A stretch of 64,000 bases of DNA. Origin: Candidatus Latescibacterota bacterium. GTDB taxonomy: Bacteria > Latescibacterota > UBA2968 > UBA8231. This document shows, one piece after another, positions 61,588-64,000 of this stretch (the first letter of the stretch is position 1; the number at the start of each line of letters is the position of its first letter). Under the pieces are notes generated by a model. It did no database searches, had not been told where the DNA came from, and worked only from the letters and a program-made list of their open reading frames with translations. Where the stretch lies: NCBI GenBank assembly GCA_965203175.1, contig OZ241867.1, positions 3,552,001 through 3,616,000 on the forward strand, in the 5' to 3' direction. A program made the position numbers and the translations under genes.

Positions 61588-63428
61588 GCGAGATGGATGC
61601 CTTGGGCATTGAGCTGATAGGAGACCACGCTGCTTTTGGCAAAGGCCGCGTGTTGGCGCAGCTTGTCGAGTCTGGCGCGCAACTCGTCTGCTTGCCCCTC
61701 GGCAGCGATGAGGAGGGCAAAGCCGCCGCCGCCGGCCCCGGTGAGGAGCCCGCCCTCGGTTAGGTCGGTAATCTGCTGATTCTCAAAAAGGTGTTGTAAG
61801 GCGTCGTTGGTGGCTTGGGGGTCGAGGATGCAGCGCAATTGCCAGTAGCGATTGGCCAGCCGCCCGAGATCGGCGTATGCGCCCGCGCGCAGTGCGGTCA
61901 CCATTTCGTCGTGAATGGCCAGCGACTCGTGGATGGCTCCATAGCGCTGGCCATCCCGCGACAGATAGGCGTCGAGGACGACGTTGAGGCCGCGGGTTGC
62001 CGAGCGCGATATCCCCGTGTCGAAGAGAACGACTCGCTCGGTGAACAAGTGCTCGTCCACCTCGGTGAGGAATGTGCGCTCGGGCGCGGGTAGGCCGTCG
62101 GTCGGCGGCGCGTAGAAATTCTTGATGGCCGAGGGGCCGCCGCTGGCACCGCGCGCATCCTGCCAACCGCTGTTGAGGCCGAGGCTCTGTTCGAGCATGA
62201 GGCTTTGGTCGTAGAGGGCGGGGTACTCGCACGCGGGCGCGGCGTAGGGGTGGCCGGAGAGGTGATAGAGCATTTTGAGAATGGCGGCGGACAAGACGCC
62301 GCTGGTTCCTAGGCCGGACCCTTGTAGAACCTTACTGCTGGTGGTGATTTCCAAGCCACCGCCACCGGTAAAGGCGGCGATGTCTTGGATGACGTCTGTG
62401 GAATTCGGCCGGACGATGCCCGCGTGTACTAGCCCTTGCTTGACCAACCGCAGGGCTTCGTCGCCGCTGCGGCGGTAGGCAAAGAACAGTTCGCTGACGG
62501 TCGCGGCCGAGCTATGTTTGTTCACCTCAAAGTCGGCCTTGAAGCCCCGGGAGCGGGAGCGGAGGATGAGTTGGGGTTCGGGCAGCCTTCGTGCAGTGAC
62601 CTGTAGCGGCGGTTGGGTGCCCTCTTCCTGTCCCTGTTGTAGATTGACGGCAATGTTGAGGGTCTTGCCGCCCTGTTCCTTACTGCGCAGGTGATTGTCC
62701 GAGGCATTGGCGCTGGAGATTCCTAGGCGCAGGGGCGATTGGATGCAAAAGGCTTGCTCGTAAGCCGCTTCGGTCATGCGCGGCGCGGCGGCGCGGCCAC
62801 TGTCGAGGGCGGCCAAGCTGCGCTGGAGGTCGATGCTCTGTAATTGGTTGATCCGCGCCTCGTAGGCTGCGGCCAGTTTGTCGATGTGCTTGGCTTCTTT
62901 GAGTTGGACAATGTCTTGGCCGTCGATGCAGCAGGGCGGCAGCGCTCGCCGCCAGGCCCGCGACTCGGCGGCGAGTGTCCGGTAGATGTCAGCCATGATG
63001 CGGGCGACGCGCATGCCGCGCAGGCTGCGGACCGAAACATCGCATTCTTCTAGGTAAGCATTGAGGCGTTTGAGCACCTGCAAGAGCGCCTTGGGGGATT
63101 CGGGAGGCAAGAGACGCAGCAATTGGCGGTGGTCGAGATCTACCAAGCCATCGACTAAATCGACGGTTAGCTGCGGCAGCTCTCTGGCGACCTCATCGCC
63201 GAAGAGATCCTCCCACTCGCGGGGCGTAGTTGACGCGAGGAGCGCGTCGATGGCCGCAGGGGTCTCTAGGCGGGACAAAAGCGCCCGATTGAAGAGTAGA
63301 TCGCGAAGGAAGCGGCGCTTTTCCTCGGGTTTGCCGCCGGACTGCGCCGCGTCGAGGATGTGGTCAACGAGCGATTGGACTTCGCGCAAATCAGCGGCTT
63401 GTTCAAGGCGTTCGAGGAATGCTTTCAT
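61584..63428 (-). CDS. GHMP-family sugar kinase (fucokinase/HddA-like) with extra N-terminal helical domain
   Basis: GSGLGTSG, LEQ....SGWQD, LTGAGGGGF. Confidence 0.75.
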   Translation of the reverse strand: MKAFLERLEQAADLREVQSLVDHILDAAQSGGKPEEKRRFLRDLLFNRALLSRLETPAAIDALLASTTPREWEDLFGDEVARELPQLTVDLVDGLVDLDHRQLLRLLPPESPKALLQVLKRLNAYLEECDVSVRSLRGMRVARIMADIYRTLAAESRAWRRALPPCCIDGQDIVQLKEAKHIDKLAAAYEARINQLQSIDLQRSLAALDSGRAAAPRMTEAAYEQAFCIQSPLRLGISSANASDNHLRSKEQGGKTLNIAVNLQQGQEEGTQPPLQVTARRLPEPQLILRSRSRGFKADFEVNKHSSAATVSELFFAYRRSGDEALRLVKQGLVHAGIVRPNSTDVIQDIAAFTGGGGLEITTSSKVLQGSGLGTSGVLSAAILKMLYHLSGHPYAAPACEYPALYDQSLMLEQSLGLNSGWQDARGASGGPSAIKNFYAPPTDGLPAPERTFLTEVDEHLFTERVVLFDTGISRSATRGLNVVLDAYLSRDGQRYGAIHESLAIHDEMVTALRAGAYADLGRLANRYWQLRCILDPQATNDALQHLFENQQITDLTEGGLLTGAGGGGFALLIAAEGQADELRARLDKLRQHAAFAKSSVVSYQLNAQGIHLA

Positions 63429-63497
63429 GCGCGTCAGAAGGGGGCGAGAGTGCGCTGCGATTGGCAAAAATTATACGCAAAAAACGCGCACCACGCA

Positions 63498-64000
63498 TCA
63501 GGGAGGGGCGGCATCGCCCATGAGTTCGCCAGCCTCGATTGCGAACTCGAGGTAGTTTTGTCGCGGAGGCAGCGGGCAAATATAAATGGGATTGTACGCG
63601 CAGTATGGGTTATAAGCGTTATTGAAGTCAATGACATACATGCCATCGTCCTCCCGCGTCAGGCGCGCGTAGCGCCCGCCTCCATACGTGGTATGGCCGT
63701 TGGTCAGATCCTTGAAGAAAATTTCCGTTTCACCGGTTTGCGGGCTGCGGTACACCTCCAGCCAAAAGTCTTTTTCGCCAAAGGCCGAAACAAAGCGTCC
63801 AAATCGCTCAAGTTCGGTAGTGGTGCCGTCGGTATTGGGGATTTCGACGATGCGTTGGCGACCGTAGATGTGCAGTTCGCCCCTCAGGCGATAGCGCAGG
63901 TCAATGGGATAGTACGCAAGTTGCTCGAAGCGGGCGCGCTGTTCTGGCAGCAGTGGCGAATCTTCGCTTTTGAGCAGGCTATCTTTGGCGGCGCGGAGCG
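63498..64000 (-). CDS. DUF1684 family protein (5' end outside window)
   Basis: FKDLTNG.TTYGGGRY, DFNNAYNPYCAY..CPLPP..N; frame open to window edge. Confidence 0.9.
   Translation of the reverse strand, partial: LRAAKDSLLKSEDSPLLPEQRARFEQLAYYPIDLRYRLRGELHIYGRQRIVEIPNTDGTTTELERFGRFVSAFGEKDFWLEVYRSPQTGETEIFFKDLTNGHTTYGGGRYARLTREDDGMYVIDFNNAYNPYCAYNPIYICPLPPRQNYLEFAIEAGELMGDAAPP

Overview
Bacterial chromosomal window with a GC-rich core. The secreted FlgD-Ig/WD40 protein and the overall gene set suggest a Ca. Latescibacterota/FCB-like organism, but this is an inference only. About 1.6-20.1 kb is an AT-richer accessory zone. It holds a co-oriented stack of cassette-type genes and an integrase-less integron segment. 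That segment has three consecutive attC sites whose core sites match the starts of their cassettes, and a ~1 kb direct repeat (GNAT + 3' SDR fragment + attI-like site) that appears to give the array two cassette entry points. The zone also contains two identical IS5/IS903-group copies, an IS630 inserted in an attC core, a decapitated SIR2/DUF4020-type gene and toxin-antitoxin remnants. From 20.1 to 64 kb the window is mostly housekeeping and envelope genes (rfbB, xylonate dehydratase, ubiX, rsmF-like, mrp, dksA-like, tolC-like, tal, rfbC, pyrE, smc, gatC, pyrG, lptC/A-lptB-rpoN, lptE). It also carries an unusual operon of a triple-Rid-domain protein, a ComDE-like decarboxylase and a LarA-like protein. 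No rRNA, tRNA, CRISPR array or integron integrase was seen. All calls come from reading motifs by eye; no database searches were run.
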